A stretch of 32,000 nt of DNA from Trichodesmium erythraeum IMS101 (GTDB lineage: Bacteria; Cyanobacteriota; Cyanobacteriia; Cyanobacteriales; Microcoleaceae), in contig NC_008312.1 in NCBI RefSeq assembly GCF_000014265.1, positions 6,210,001-6,242,000 of the forward strand, read 5' to 3'. The notes under the pieces are model-generated. The model had not been told where the DNA came from and ran no database searches. It worked only from the letters and a program-made list of their open reading frames with translations. A program made the translations under genes and the position numbers. Positions 17,282 through 27,947 of this stretch are shown one piece after another. Numbering within the stretch: the stretch's first letter is position 1; each line of letters begins with the position of its first letter.

Positions 17282-18901
17282 TTAGGCTATTTCACAAGAC
17301 TTGACCTGGTAGTGAGGTTGTTGATAACGTGCCATAAGTTCTGGGATAATCTGATTTAGGTTACCCGCACTTAGAAATATTGCCAAATCTCCTGGTTTAA
17401 GAACTTGGTACAAAAATTTACTTACTGAGTCTAAAGATGATCGATAGTAAACTTGTCGATGATACCTAGAAATAGCTTCAGCTACTTGTTGGCTGTTAAT
17501 TTGACCCTCAGATGATTCTCCTGCACTGTAGATATTGGTAACAATTACCATGTCAGCGTCATTAAAAGATTGAGCAAACTCAGAAATAAAAGCCTGAGTA
17601 CGACTATAACGATGAGGTTGGAATATAGCAACAACTCTTTCGATCTTCAATGAGTTATTTTGTGTTTTGAGTGTTAATTTTTTTGTTGATATATGAGGCT
17701 TGGGACTTAATTCCTGATTTTTTTGTAAGTTAGCCGCTGCTAGAGTTGCATTAATTTCACTGGGATGATGAGCATAGTCATCAACAAATACAATACCATT
17801 GCACTCTCCTCGATATTCAAAACGACGATGAGCACCTTCAAAAAGAGCGATCGCCGAGGTAATAGTAGAAAATTCTAAACCTAATAATCTACCTACTGCC
17901 ACTGCTGCCAAAGCATTACTTAAATTATGTTTACCCAATAACCTCAACTTTAATTGTCCCAAAATTTGGCCTTTTTCCCAAACACGAGCTAAGGTAACAT
18001 TAGATTGGTAATGTACACAATCTACTTTATAGTGAGCGTCACTTTCGAAGTTAATACTATAACTAATAGTTGGCTGGAGTTTTTCTCTAACTGTAGAGCA
18101 GTCAATACAACCTACTAGATTTTGGCAGTTTTCTTTAAAAACTTGGAAAATTTCTACCACTTGATCCAAACTATCATAATGGTCTGGATGGTCTAACTCA
18201 ATATTGGTCACTACACCAATATGAGCAGATAATTTAACTAAAGAGCCATCCGACTCGTCTGCTTCTGCCACCAGATAAGGACTTCTACCCAAACGAGCAT
18301 TACCTCCCCAGGCGTCTACTTCTCCACCAATAACAATGGTGGGGTCCAAACCAGCCTCTAAAAGCATAAACCCAATTAAGCTGCTAGTTGTAGTTTTGCC
18401 ATGGGTACCAGCTACAGCTATACTTTGATAATCCTGAATTAGGGCTGCCAATAAATCTGAGCGATGAAAAATTGGACATCCAAGTTCAACTGCTGCCTTA
18501 TACTCAGAGTTTGTTGTATTAATTGCTGTTGAACAAACTACTTGTGGTAGTTGAGAAATTCCTTTGTGATTTTCTAATTTGACATTATGTTTTTTTGTTG
18601 TTACTTCTCCTAGACTTATGCAAGGAGTAAATTGAGATAAATTTAAGCTTGAATTGTTTGACAGAAATAAATTTTGTTCTTCAGTAGTTTGCTGAAATAA
18701 CTCTAAATTTTTTGCTTCTTGGTGCCAGAATATGTGGGCTCCTATTGCTTCTAAGCGTCTTGTTATATGGCTTGATTTGATATCGGAGCCATAAGTAGGC
18801 AACTTGCGTTTAGCTAAAATATAAGCAAGAGCAGACATTCCGATGCCCCCAATACCAATAAAATGAAATGGTTTACCAGTTAAATCAACATATTTACTCA
18901 T
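17282..18901 (-). CDS. murC: UDP-N-acetylmuramate--L-alanine ligase
   Basis: It has HFIGIGGIGMSALA, AVAGTHGKTTTSS (P-loop), DDYAHHPSE and FQPHRYSRT. The likely start is MSKYVDL at 18901; the track ORF extends to 18952. Two low-complexity inserts are described in the findings. Confidence 0.92.
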   Translation of the reverse strand: MSKYVDLTGKPFHFIGIGGIGMSALAYILAKRKLPTYGSDIKSSHITRRLEAIGAHIFWHQEAKNLELFQQTTEEQNLFLSNNSSLNLSQFTPCISLGEVTTKKHNVKLENHKGISQLPQVVCSTAINTTNSEYKAAVELGCPIFHRSDLLAALIQDYQSIAVAGTHGKTTTSSLIGFMLLEAGLDPTIVIGGEVDAWGGNARLGRSPYLVAEADESDGSLVKLSAHIGVVTNIELDHPDHYDSLDQVVEIFQVFKENCQNLVGCIDCSTVREKLQPTISYSINFESDAHYKVDCVHYQSNVTLARVWEKGQILGQLKLRLLGKHNLSNALAAVAVGRLLGLEFSTITSAIALFEGAHRRFEYRGECNGIVFVDDYAHHPSEINATLAAANLQKNQELSPKPHISTKKLTLKTQNNSLKIERVVAIFQPHRYSRTQAFISEFAQSFNDADMVIVTNIYSAGESSEGQINSQQVAEAISRYHRQVYYRSSLDSVSKFLYQVLKPGDLAIFLSAGNLNQIIPELMARYQQPHYQVKSCEIA

Positions 18902-19299
18902 TAATTGCTCCTTAAAATCCACACACACCACACCCTTAACACGCGATATCATAGCAGTATTTTTTTTTTTTAGATAGAGTTTAGCAGTAATTTATTCAAA
19001 ACATTGATTACCTTTGTGAATAGTCTCTATAATCTTGTGATTAATCTGTTTGATATCAAATATTTACTTATTGGCCCGTGTTTTTCCGGACATATCTCAA
19101 AAACTGTTTGAGGATTCATTATCTGGATTTTTTCACAAAATAACAAATATTTATGGTTTTATTACATAAAATAAAAGTTCTGAAAGTCTTATACAACTTA
19201 TTCTATGTATATATGGTCTACTAATTTTAGTAGTAAAATATCCAAAGCATGAAAGCTTATTCAGTTTATCTCCGTGAAAAAAAATAGTTAAAAATAAGC

Positions 19300-20260
19300 T
19301 AACAATGTCAGATTTGCATCCCCCTTCGTAGTAACCCAATTTGATGTGAATAAAATATTTGTTCAAAAACTATTGAAACAAAAATAGCATTCGGTGGTAA
19401 TGTTCACCTTAAAAAGCAAGGTAGCAAACTAAGAAGTATATTACATTCTCACAGAACTCAATTGATAGAGATGGTAGAAAAATATTCAGACTATACCCTA
19501 AATGAATACTTTGAATATTGGTTATAGTGAGATAACCAATTTTTGAGCCCTAGTATCATGTGTCGCTTTTTATATCGGTGAGAGCCGAAACTAAAAAAAT
19601 GCAATCCTACCAGAAAAAACCATACGCAGAAGCCAATCGGCCATTGAAATAGTCAAAATTTTGAGGTATAAAATTGGGAAAAAGTGAAAAATGTAAAGCC
19701 TAAAAACTTAGTCTTCTTGAATGAAGTGGGTGTTTGATTGGGCTTAATACGTTTTATGTCTGCCAACTCTGAAACTTATGCACATTCTTAATCTAGTAGT
19801 AGAGTATTATGATTATTCACCATTTTCAAGAGGCAAAAAAGTTATATTTATTGAATAAGTTAGTATCACAAAATTGGTAATATCAATAACACTTAATGGG
19901 GTTTATATATGGTAAAAAAAAATATTTTTTTATATAACTTTTTTTGATGCCTAGTCTATGGGAAATAGCAGTAGTAGTAATGGATAATTTAGCAGCCCAC
20001 AAATTCAAAATAATTGAAGCATTAATTTAATTCATTTGGGGTAAGTATAATGAATTTATCATCTTATTCATGGGAGCTTAATCCCATAGAATTATGGTGC
20101 TCACCATCAATTTTTTTTTGCTTGGGTTGAAACCTATCACAGCAAATATGGTCGATATAATATAAGCTAAGGATACTCTTTTTATTAAAAACTAATTACT
20201 TCAAAACTATTTTCCAAACTGTTTTTTTTGTTAATGTACCTCATAAACCACCGAATAAAT
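19300..20260 (+). mobile_element. Degraded IS630/Tc1-mariner family transposase gene
   Basis: Broken-frame translations give ..GNVHLKKQGSKLRSILHSHRTQLIEMVEKYSDYTLNEY.., ..NLVFLNEVGV*, ..VVVMDNLAAHKFKIIEALI* and ..YSWELNPIELW.. These correspond to the DDE-region motifs DE-G, DN-xxH and YSPxLNPIE. There are many stops and frameshifts, and the ends were not defined. Confidence 0.65.
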
Positions 20261-21720
20261 GCTTATAACCCAAATCGGTTAATTGAAAAATAGAAATGGC
20301 AATGGTAAATAAGCTTCAGATAAAACCAAAACTATCAAATTATTGAAACCTTGATTGAGCAATTCATGTTATGAAACTGCAAAATAAATCCTAAAAATAA
20401 ATCCTATACTCAACCATATTATAGCTATGAGAATATAGTATTTTTTGGAGTATTTTTCAATCTTTTTCCTACATCTACTTCTTCTAATTCTCCACTTAAT
20501 AATACCAAACCTCAAAAGTCTTGCGATTTTTTTTGACAGTAGGGAATAGAAAGTAAGATTCGGTAATAAGTAGTTACTGTAGTTTGGCTCTATAATCCTT
20601 AAAAACTTTGCTTTTAATTATTTATTACCTAATAACTGAAGTATTGAACAAGTTGTCGCATTATTTTTAGGAATTAGTAACTTAAAATATAAATCGCGGG
20701 CGTCAATACTAAATGCCTTGTATCACCTATTCCGTCTCTACCGAACAATTATTTGGACTTTGGGAAAATCTCAGGTTCAGCTCATCTTAACAATCATTGA
20801 CAAATAGCATCTTTTCTGAACCTATTGCCCTGAAAGTTTTTGAGATTAATTTAGTGAGAAAAATACATTCCAATTGTTAAGCCACGAAAACCGATAATAT
20901 GAAAATTCTATGATCTTCATAATTCCTTAGAAAGCTTGTACTGCAAATAGATCATAAAAATATTTATTTGTCAATAAAATTTTAGGTGAGCTTGCCCTGG
21001 GGAAAATCTAAGTGTCGCGAGGATAAATCATTATTCCATTTTGGTTAATTGGATAATAAACAGTTGACTAATAGAGTAGGAGCAAAATTGTCTATTGTCT
21101 GTATACCGTAACCAAAAGTTTAATATGAAAAATATTGTAGTTTAAGTCTTTGAGGATATATAACCTCCATTTAAGATAAAACAGTAACTTTGTCAAGATT
21201 TATACCACAATTAGTACAACAGAACTTGAAGTTAACTGCATATTTGCTTTAATAAATTACTTGGAATCATAATTAAAACTACAAAAGAATATTAGATTAC
21301 CACTTTGTTGTATGATAATTCTCAAGGTTAATTTTTTTTTAAGCTCTCCTGGGCAAAATTCATATAACTTCTTGAAAAATAAGGAATGTGGAGTTAAGCC
21401 CTCTTAGAGTTTAGAGCTGAAATAAATACAGCACTTTCTGTTTTTATGATGTACATGTTTGGCGATATTGATGCCCATAACACAAAAGTGTTACTGCTAA
21501 CTCCTTGTACCTCATTTATCCTAAATCTGCTGTATCTGAAACTTTTGAAACTATCAATAAGTAACCGGTGGGGCATCTACGGGGACTTAAATCTTTTAAC
21601 TGGGAATATATCCACTTAGCTGGATAAGTTTATTGAAAACCCTATACTGAAAATTTTTTTATTAGTATGTGGGACTGTCTAAAAATTTCAATTTTATAAG
21701 CTACTATTAGGAGGTAAAAA

Positions 21721-22740
21721 GTGATTAGAGTTGCCATAAATGGTTTTGGACGTATTGGACGGAATTTTTTACGTTGCTTGCTTACTCGTACAGATAGTCA
21801 ACTCGATCTTGTAGCTGTTAATGATACTTCTGACCCCAAAACCAATGCTCATCTGCTAAAGTATGACTCAATGTTGGGTACTTTAAAAGATGTAGATATT
21901 AGTACGGATGAAAATTCTATTACAGTCAATGGTAAAACAATTAAATGTGTTTCTGACCGTAATCCTTTAAATTTACCATGGGCAGACTGGGGTATTGACT
22001 TAATTATTGAATCTACAGGTGTATTTGTGACTGAGGAAGGAGCTTCAAAGCATTTACAGGCTGGAGCTAAAAAGGTTTTAATTACTGCTCCTGGTAAGGG
22101 TGGACAAATTGGTACTTTTGTAGTAGGTGTTAATCATCAGGATTATAAGCATGAAGATTACAATATTATCAGTAATGCTAGCTGTACAACTAATTGTCTA
22201 GCTCCTATTGTCAAGGTCATCCATGACAACTTTGGTATTATCAAAGGTACAATGACTACAACTCACAGTTATACAGGCGACCAACGTATTTTGGATGCTA
22301 GCCACAGAGATGTACGAAGAGCCAGGGCTGCGGCGGTAAATATTGTGCCAACTTCTACAGGTGCAGCTAAAGCAGTAGCTCTAGTAATTCCAGAAATGAA
22401 AGGTAAATTAAATGGTATTGCGATGCGTGTTCCTACTCCTAACGTTTCTGTGGTAGATTTGGTTGCTCAAGTTGAGAAAAAGACATTTGTTGAACAGGTA
22501 AATGAAGTTATGGAGGTGGCTGCTAAAGGGCCAATGAAGGGAATCATTGAATACAGTGATTTACCTTTAGTTTCTATCGACTATCGTGGCCATGATTGCT
22601 CTTCAATTGTTGATGCTAGCCTGACAATGGTTATGGATGGGGATATGGTAAAAGTTATTGCTTGGTATGATAATGAGTGGGGTTACAGTCAGCGTGTTGT
22701 AGACTTGGCTGAAGTTGTAGCACAGAATTGGGCTGCCTAG
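21721..22740 (+). CDS. gap2: Glyceraldehyde-3-phosphate dehydrogenase, cyanobacterial Gap2 (Calvin-cycle) type
   Basis: 339 aa with [17 protein letters not shown] and the [12 protein letters not shown] active site. The GTG start has AGGAGG 8 nt upstream. Confidence 0.93.
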   Translation: MIRVAINGFGRIGRNFLRCLLTRTDSQLDLVAVNDTSDPKTNAHLLKYDSMLGTLKDVDISTDENSITVNGKTIKCVSDRNPLNLPWADWGIDLIIESTGVFVTEEGASKHLQAGAKKVLITAPGKGGQIGTFVVGVNHQDYKHEDYNIISNASCTTNCLAPIVKVIHDNFGIIKGTMTTTHSYTGDQRILDASHRDVRRARAAAVNIVPTSTGAAKAVALVIPEMKGKLNGIAMRVPTPNVSVVDLVAQVEKKTFVEQVNEVMEVAAKGPMKGIIEYSDLPLVSIDYRGHDCSSIVDASLTMVMDGDMVKVIAWYDNEWGYSQRVVDLAEVVAQNWAA

Positions 22741-22969
22741 TGTTTTTAAGTTTTGACTTTTTAAACTTTTAACAAAATCAGGAGTTACGGGGGCAAATCC
22801 GGAAACCAAGTTTTTTGGTAGATTTTTATTGTTAAAAACAATGATTTATTTTATAAACAGGGTTTCCCGTGTATAAGTTCTAACAATGAAATATCAAACT
22901 CCAAGTATTAAAATAGCCATGATCAGGTTTGGATTATAATGCAGGAGAAGATCACAATAAATAACTTTT

Positions 22970-23995
22970 TCAAAAATGTTGAAATCCTTGGCTAAGTGTA
23001 AGTTGCTCATTTGGGTATATTCCTTGGCTATCTATTAATAAGATGTCGGTGTTGTTTGTGGTTGTACCCACTATGGCTGCACCGACTCCAATCCTTTTTA
23101 CTAATTCTTGGCCACAATTTGGTGGAAGGCACAAAACTAACTCGAAATCTTCTCCTCCATATAGTGCCCAGTTTAATGCTTGTTCATCTGAGACGAATTT
23201 AGTCAAGGAGTGAGGAATAGGAATTTGATTACGTTCTATCCTGGCCCCTATTTGGGATGCTTGACAAATCTGAATAATTGCATCTGCCAGGCCATCACTA
23301 CTATCCATTCCTCCTACTAAAATAGAGTTTTTGCTACCTTTTGTAGCACTGAAACTATTTAAGGAAAGACAATCCCATAAAGTATCTAAAATGTCAAGCC
23401 TTGGTTTAGGTCTTTGGTGAGCCAAAATTAGGTCAGAACGTTCGAGTTCTGTGAGAGATTCACCTAGTTCTGGATAAAGTAATAATTCTAAGCCAGCCCT
23501 TGATGCTCCATGAACTCCAGTGGCAACAATTACATTTTTTGGTTGACAATTTGAGCGAAGAATGGTATATCCGCCATCTATTTGTCCAAAAGCAGTAATT
23601 GAGATCGTAGAAACTGGGGATCGCACAATATCTCCACCAACTATAGGAGTATTGTATGGCTGCAAGCATTCAGAAATACCTTGATAGAGTTGTTCGCACC
23701 AAGCAATGGGTGTATCCACAGTCAAACCAAGAGCGATCGTAATTCCAATGGGAAACGCTCCCATTGCTGCGATATCGGATAAGTTAGCAGCAGCACTACG
23801 CCAACCTACATCTTCAGGAGAGGTTGTGCGATCACTAAAATGTACTCCATCAACAAGTGTATCAGTTGTCACCACTAATGACTTGTTGGGTTGAGTTGGC
23901 AAAATGGCGGCATCATCCCCAATAATATTTTCTGGACAAAAATGGCGCAATTTTTTTAAAAGCTCTTGTTCGCTAATATCTTTAACTTTGAGCAT
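22970..23995 (-). CDS. thiL: Thiamine-monophosphate kinase
   Basis: 341 aa with GDDAAIL, TTDTLVDGVHF and GGDI motifs of the AIR-synthase-like fold. Confidence 0.88.
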   Translation of the reverse strand: MLKVKDISEQELLKKLRHFCPENIIGDDAAILPTQPNKSLVVTTDTLVDGVHFSDRTTSPEDVGWRSAAANLSDIAAMGAFPIGITIALGLTVDTPIAWCEQLYQGISECLQPYNTPIVGGDIVRSPVSTISITAFGQIDGGYTILRSNCQPKNVIVATGVHGASRAGLELLLYPELGESLTELERSDLILAHQRPKPRLDILDTLWDCLSLNSFSATKGSKNSILVGGMDSSDGLADAIIQICQASQIGARIERNQIPIPHSLTKFVSDEQALNWALYGGEDFELVLCLPPNCGQELVKRIGVGAAIVGTTTNNTDILLIDSQGIYPNEQLTLSQGFQHF

Positions 23996-24654
23996 GATAA
24001 TTGATTTAAATTAATATTTCTGATTATTCTTTTTTCTTTCTTCCTATTTTAGTGTTTAATAGAGAGCTATAGTATACTGTAAAAAATCAATAATTTTTGC
24101 ACCTACGATATTAATAGAAAATTTTATTATTTATAAATAGTTGATTAATTTGTTAATTTCACGAAAATCTCTCTTATTGATCTAAGCCCTTAAAAAAAAA
24201 GGGTCAGATTTAACAATCAGTTTTTTACCCTTAGTTGAAAATAGATTTATGGTAGATACTGGTGTATGATCCTAGACCATAATTAGGGCTGGCTAAATAA
24301 ATATATAATCCTTATTTATAATTAGCTTAAGTGGTTCTAAACATTGAGAAAAGTGCCAAAAAATTATGAAATTAACATTCATCCTACTTGGAGTTTTCCC
24401 TGACCTAAGTCGAAAAAATTGAAAAATTTCGGGGTATTAAGCTTGTTACTAAACCAAGGGATAAATCTTTCTATAAATAGTAAATCCTATCTTTTACTTC
24501 CTCTTCCTCTCAAACTACAATTTATCCTGCACTCTATACAACGGGATAAATCGTGTAGTAAGCTACATTTTTTTTAGTTTAAATAATTAATGATAGTTTA
24601 CAGTAGAAGATAAAAGAGGACTTATTAACATTACTTTAATAAATTTCCTGATCT

Positions 24655-26352
24655 ATGAAACCTAGAATCATAGTTTGTGGCCTGGGTCGTACCGGTTACA
24701 AAATATTCCGTCTATTAAGACAGCAGGGTGCAACAGTTGTTGGCATAAGTGAGCGCCCACTCCGTGGAGAGGGTTCAGAAATTATCATCGGCAACTTTCG
24801 ATCAGCATCTACTTTATTAGCAGCAGGTATTCAAAGTGCTCATACTCTGATTTTAACAGGGAAAGATGAATCTGTTAATTTGGGAGTTTTAATGTTAGCA
24901 AGGATTTTGAATCCTAAAATTCGGATTATTAATCGCTTGTTTAACACAAGTTTGGGCGATCGCTTAGATCATACTTTGACTGACCACACAAGCATGAGTG
25001 TGTCAGCTTTAGCAGCCCCAGTGTTTGCTTTTGCAGCACTAGGAAATCATGCTATTGGTCAGCTACAGATGTACAACCAGACCTGGCCTATGTACGAAGA
25101 ATTAATCGATCATAATCATCCTTGGGTAGATCGTAAGCTAACTTCGCTTTGGGATGATCGTGATTTGATGTTAATTTACTACATACCAGTAGGAGATCCA
25201 ATCGATCTAATCTCTGCAGTAGTACAAGAGCGAGAGTTAAAAGTAGGCGATCGAGTAATTATTGCTAGCAAACCTAGTATCCGAAATCGCAGACAAAATT
25301 TAATTCACAGCTTATTCAGAATATTTGGTAGACTTAGACAATTTCAGCGACATAGTAAATCTGCAGTCATCCTTAACTTAGCTCTTTTAGTAACAGTTTT
25401 AGTTTGTACTATTACTTATATTAGTATTAACCTGAATAATAGTTTCGTTGATTCTCTGTACTTTACTGTTGGTATGATTACAGGAGCAGGGGGAAATGAA
25501 AAAATAGCAGAACAAGCACCAGGTAGTATCAAAATATTTACCTCAATAATGATGCTTGTAGGTACAGCGATCGTCGGTATTTGCTATGCACTTCTAAATG
25601 ACTTTGTATTGGGTACTCGCTTGCAAGAATATTGGGATGCTGCCCGCATTCCTGTACGCAATCATTATATTATCTGTGGGTTTGGTGGCATTGGTTTACA
25701 TATTGCTAAGCAACTTATTGCTAGTGGTTATGAAGTAGTAATAATAGAACCCGATCCTAAGTGTCGATTTCTCAATATTGCCAGATCAATGAAAATTACT
25801 GTGATTGAGGGAGATGCAAGTTTATCTTCGACTTTAGAGGTTGCCAATATTGAAAAAGCCGAAGCTCTATTAGCTGTAACTGGTAATGATATTATTAACT
25901 TGAAAATTGCTTTGAGTGCCAAAGGTCTGATGCCGAAAGTATCAGTTGTAGTGAGAAATCAAGATCCGCATTTAGCCCTCATGGTACAACAAGTCTTTGA
26001 ATTTGAATCTGTACTTAGTCCCACAGAATTAGCAGCTCCTGCTTTTGCTGCAGCAGCTATTGGTGGTAGAATTCTTGGCAATGGAATTACTGCAGATAGT
26101 TTGTGGGTAGCATTAGCCACTTTAATTACACCGGGACATCCTTTTTGTGGTAAACTTACTAAAAATGTGGCTCATAGTGCTGACTTTGTACCTTTGTATA
26201 TAGAAAGCAACGGAAAAGAAATTCATGGTTGGGATTTGTTATCTGCGACTCTGAACTCAGGTGATGTTTTGTACTTAACGATGCCAGCTAATAGACTAGA
26301 CAAACTGTGGAGAAATGCGAGTATACAATTAACGAGTAATGTAGTTGAATAA
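24655..26352 (+). CDS. Channel-like protein with two RCK/TrkA-N domains flanking a two-TM pore-like module
   Basis: Rossmann motifs are IIVCGLGRTGYKI (N-terminal) and IICGFGGIGLHIAKQL (after the TM region). A hydrophobic helix is followed by a pore-helix-like LYFTVGMITGAGGNE and a second helix, IFTSIMMLVGTAIVGICYALL. Confidence 0.7.
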   Translation: MKPRIIVCGLGRTGYKIFRLLRQQGATVVGISERPLRGEGSEIIIGNFRSASTLLAAGIQSAHTLILTGKDESVNLGVLMLARILNPKIRIINRLFNTSLGDRLDHTLTDHTSMSVSALAAPVFAFAALGNHAIGQLQMYNQTWPMYEELIDHNHPWVDRKLTSLWDDRDLMLIYYIPVGDPIDLISAVVQERELKVGDRVIIASKPSIRNRRQNLIHSLFRIFGRLRQFQRHSKSAVILNLALLVTVLVCTITYISINLNNSFVDSLYFTVGMITGAGGNEKIAEQAPGSIKIFTSIMMLVGTAIVGICYALLNDFVLGTRLQEYWDAARIPVRNHYIICGFGGIGLHIAKQLIASGYEVVIIEPDPKCRFLNIARSMKITVIEGDASLSSTLEVANIEKAEALLAVTGNDIINLKIALSAKGLMPKVSVVVRNQDPHLALMVQQVFEFESVLSPTELAAPAFAAAAIGGRILGNGITADSLWVALATLITPGHPFCGKLTKNVAHSADFVPLYIESNGKEIHGWDLLSATLNSGDVLYLTMPANRLDKLWRNASIQLTSNVVE

Positions 26353-26599
26353 ACAGAAAACCCTATCAATAAATTTTTAGGGCTAATCACTGTTGGTTAT
26401 AATCTAATATTATCTATGATAATATGTAATTATCTTTCTTTATACTACTTGGATTCAAAACTGAATTAGACTAAAATAACCAGCCAAAAACATTGCTGGT
26501 CAAACACGAGCTCTGTAGTATGTCATGTAAATAAATTGGGGTTTGTGGTTAAGAAAAAACATCCTTTTTTCATAACTTCTCAAATCTCACCAAGTGTAA

Positions 26600-27310
26600 G
26601 ATAAACTTTTCCAATACCATTGACTTATATAAGCTTTTGGTAGCTATGGTTAAACCAAAAACTGTTGGTATTATGAAGTATTATTATCTACTCCTCAGTG
26701 TGTTTTAAGGAATTTTTCATCAGCTTTTCAGTACTGTTTTACCAAAATGTCGGGAGTAGCTAAATTTCAAAAAAAAAGTAGGGGTGATAGCTTCACTCTT
26801 GATGTTTCCATAGTCACCCCAGTAAGAGGGCTGGGTCATAGGGTCATATTAAACTACGGCGAATTGGATGGGTTAAAACTTATGAAATATTACCTACCAG
26901 ATAATGCTAATCCGAAGTTAGTAACTATTAGTTGAAAAGTAGACTATAAAGTAGAAAGAGAATCTATCACTTACTGATTTCTTGGTAGATGTAGTAGGTG
27001 TCGATTTATATGTCAAATCATTTTTCGAGTTATCCACTGGTGAAGTATTTGAAGGAACTATTCAAGAGCGAAAGTTTAGAAGCTAAATTATCTAGGCTAC
27101 AGTACTTGAAGTAACATAAAGTTAAGTGTTCGTCTAACTGGATGCATGGCTTCTCTCAAAATGACTTAGTTACACATCGCAGATAGCTAATATTTGGAAA
27201 GATGCATTGCATAAACTAACTGCTTACTTGGCTTTTAACCACAGCCAGACAGTAAGAGAAGATCGTTATGTATCAGAAATGATATCAAATTACCACCCAT
27301 ATCCATTCCC
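26600..27310 (+). mobile_element. Truncated and frameshifted TnpB (IS200/IS605 OrfB-type) gene remnant
   Basis: The fragments are ..VAKFQKKSRGDSF..LNYGELDGLKLMKYYLPDNANPKLVTIS, VDVVGVDLYVKSFFELSTGEVFEG (RuvC-I GxDxG block), KLSRLQYLK*HKVKCSSNW and QIANIWKDALHKLTAYL. They follow the canonical TnpB order but lie in different frames with stops. The C-terminal half is missing. Confidence 0.6.
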
Positions 27311-27559
27311 TCGGTGGTAGGGAAACAACAGATATATTATTAATAACTATATCATCAAAAATTAAATAGTTATAATTTCCTCCCGTACATTAATAAGAAT
27401 ACTGTAAAATCCTTAGTTAACTTTTGATACGAATATTACTATTTGTACATTACTGTTCCAAATATCATTATTTGCACACTACCATCATTTTCAATGGATT
27501 ATACACATATCCATCTTGGAATTGACCAATAATAAGCAAAAACAGGATATTCTGTTTTT

Positions 27560-27800
27560 CTCCGCTGATAAAGTCCTGACAATTTTCCAGTTTTACATAG
27601 CAATATTCGACAAATAAGGGGAGATCAATCTCAGTTTGCTTAATAGTTGTGACAACTTAAACATTTGACCTGAACCACCTATAAAAAGACGTTATTTGTG
27701 GATATCCAGGAAGCTGATCCAGCACAAATAGAATACAAATAGAATATCTTTTGTCATCGTTGACGGACTAAAATGCAAACTGATAAACTCCTGACAACAC
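27560..27800 (-). mobile_element. Possible IS5-family transposase N-terminal remnant
   Basis: A minus-strand frame reads ..DDKRYSICILFVLDQLPGYPQITSFYRWFRSNV*, which resembles the (W)xxLPxxFPxxxTVYxxFRxW block of IS5-group transposases. The match is short and weak. Confidence 0.25.
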
Positions 27801-27947
27801 TTTTGAGAATAGTGAGGTAGAGTTTAATATTAATATCTCTTCCCTCCACTACTAAATTTGTAAAACTTTGTACCTCCAATATTTCAAAACTACTAAAGTG
27901 TGCTTAATAGTGAATATTATTTTAGCACTTGATTGATATTCAGTATT

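Noticed and set aside
22603-22809. Minus-strand ORF overlapping the gap2 3' end, and 25728-25922 inside the channel gene
   Set aside because: Both are antisense to strongly supported genes and have no recognisable motifs.
23011-23894. ORFs 23011-23202 (+), 23460-23669 (-) and 23706-23894 (+)
   Set aside because: They overlap thiL in other frames or on the other strand, and their odd composition (Cys/Trp/Leu-rich) marks them as shadow ORFs.
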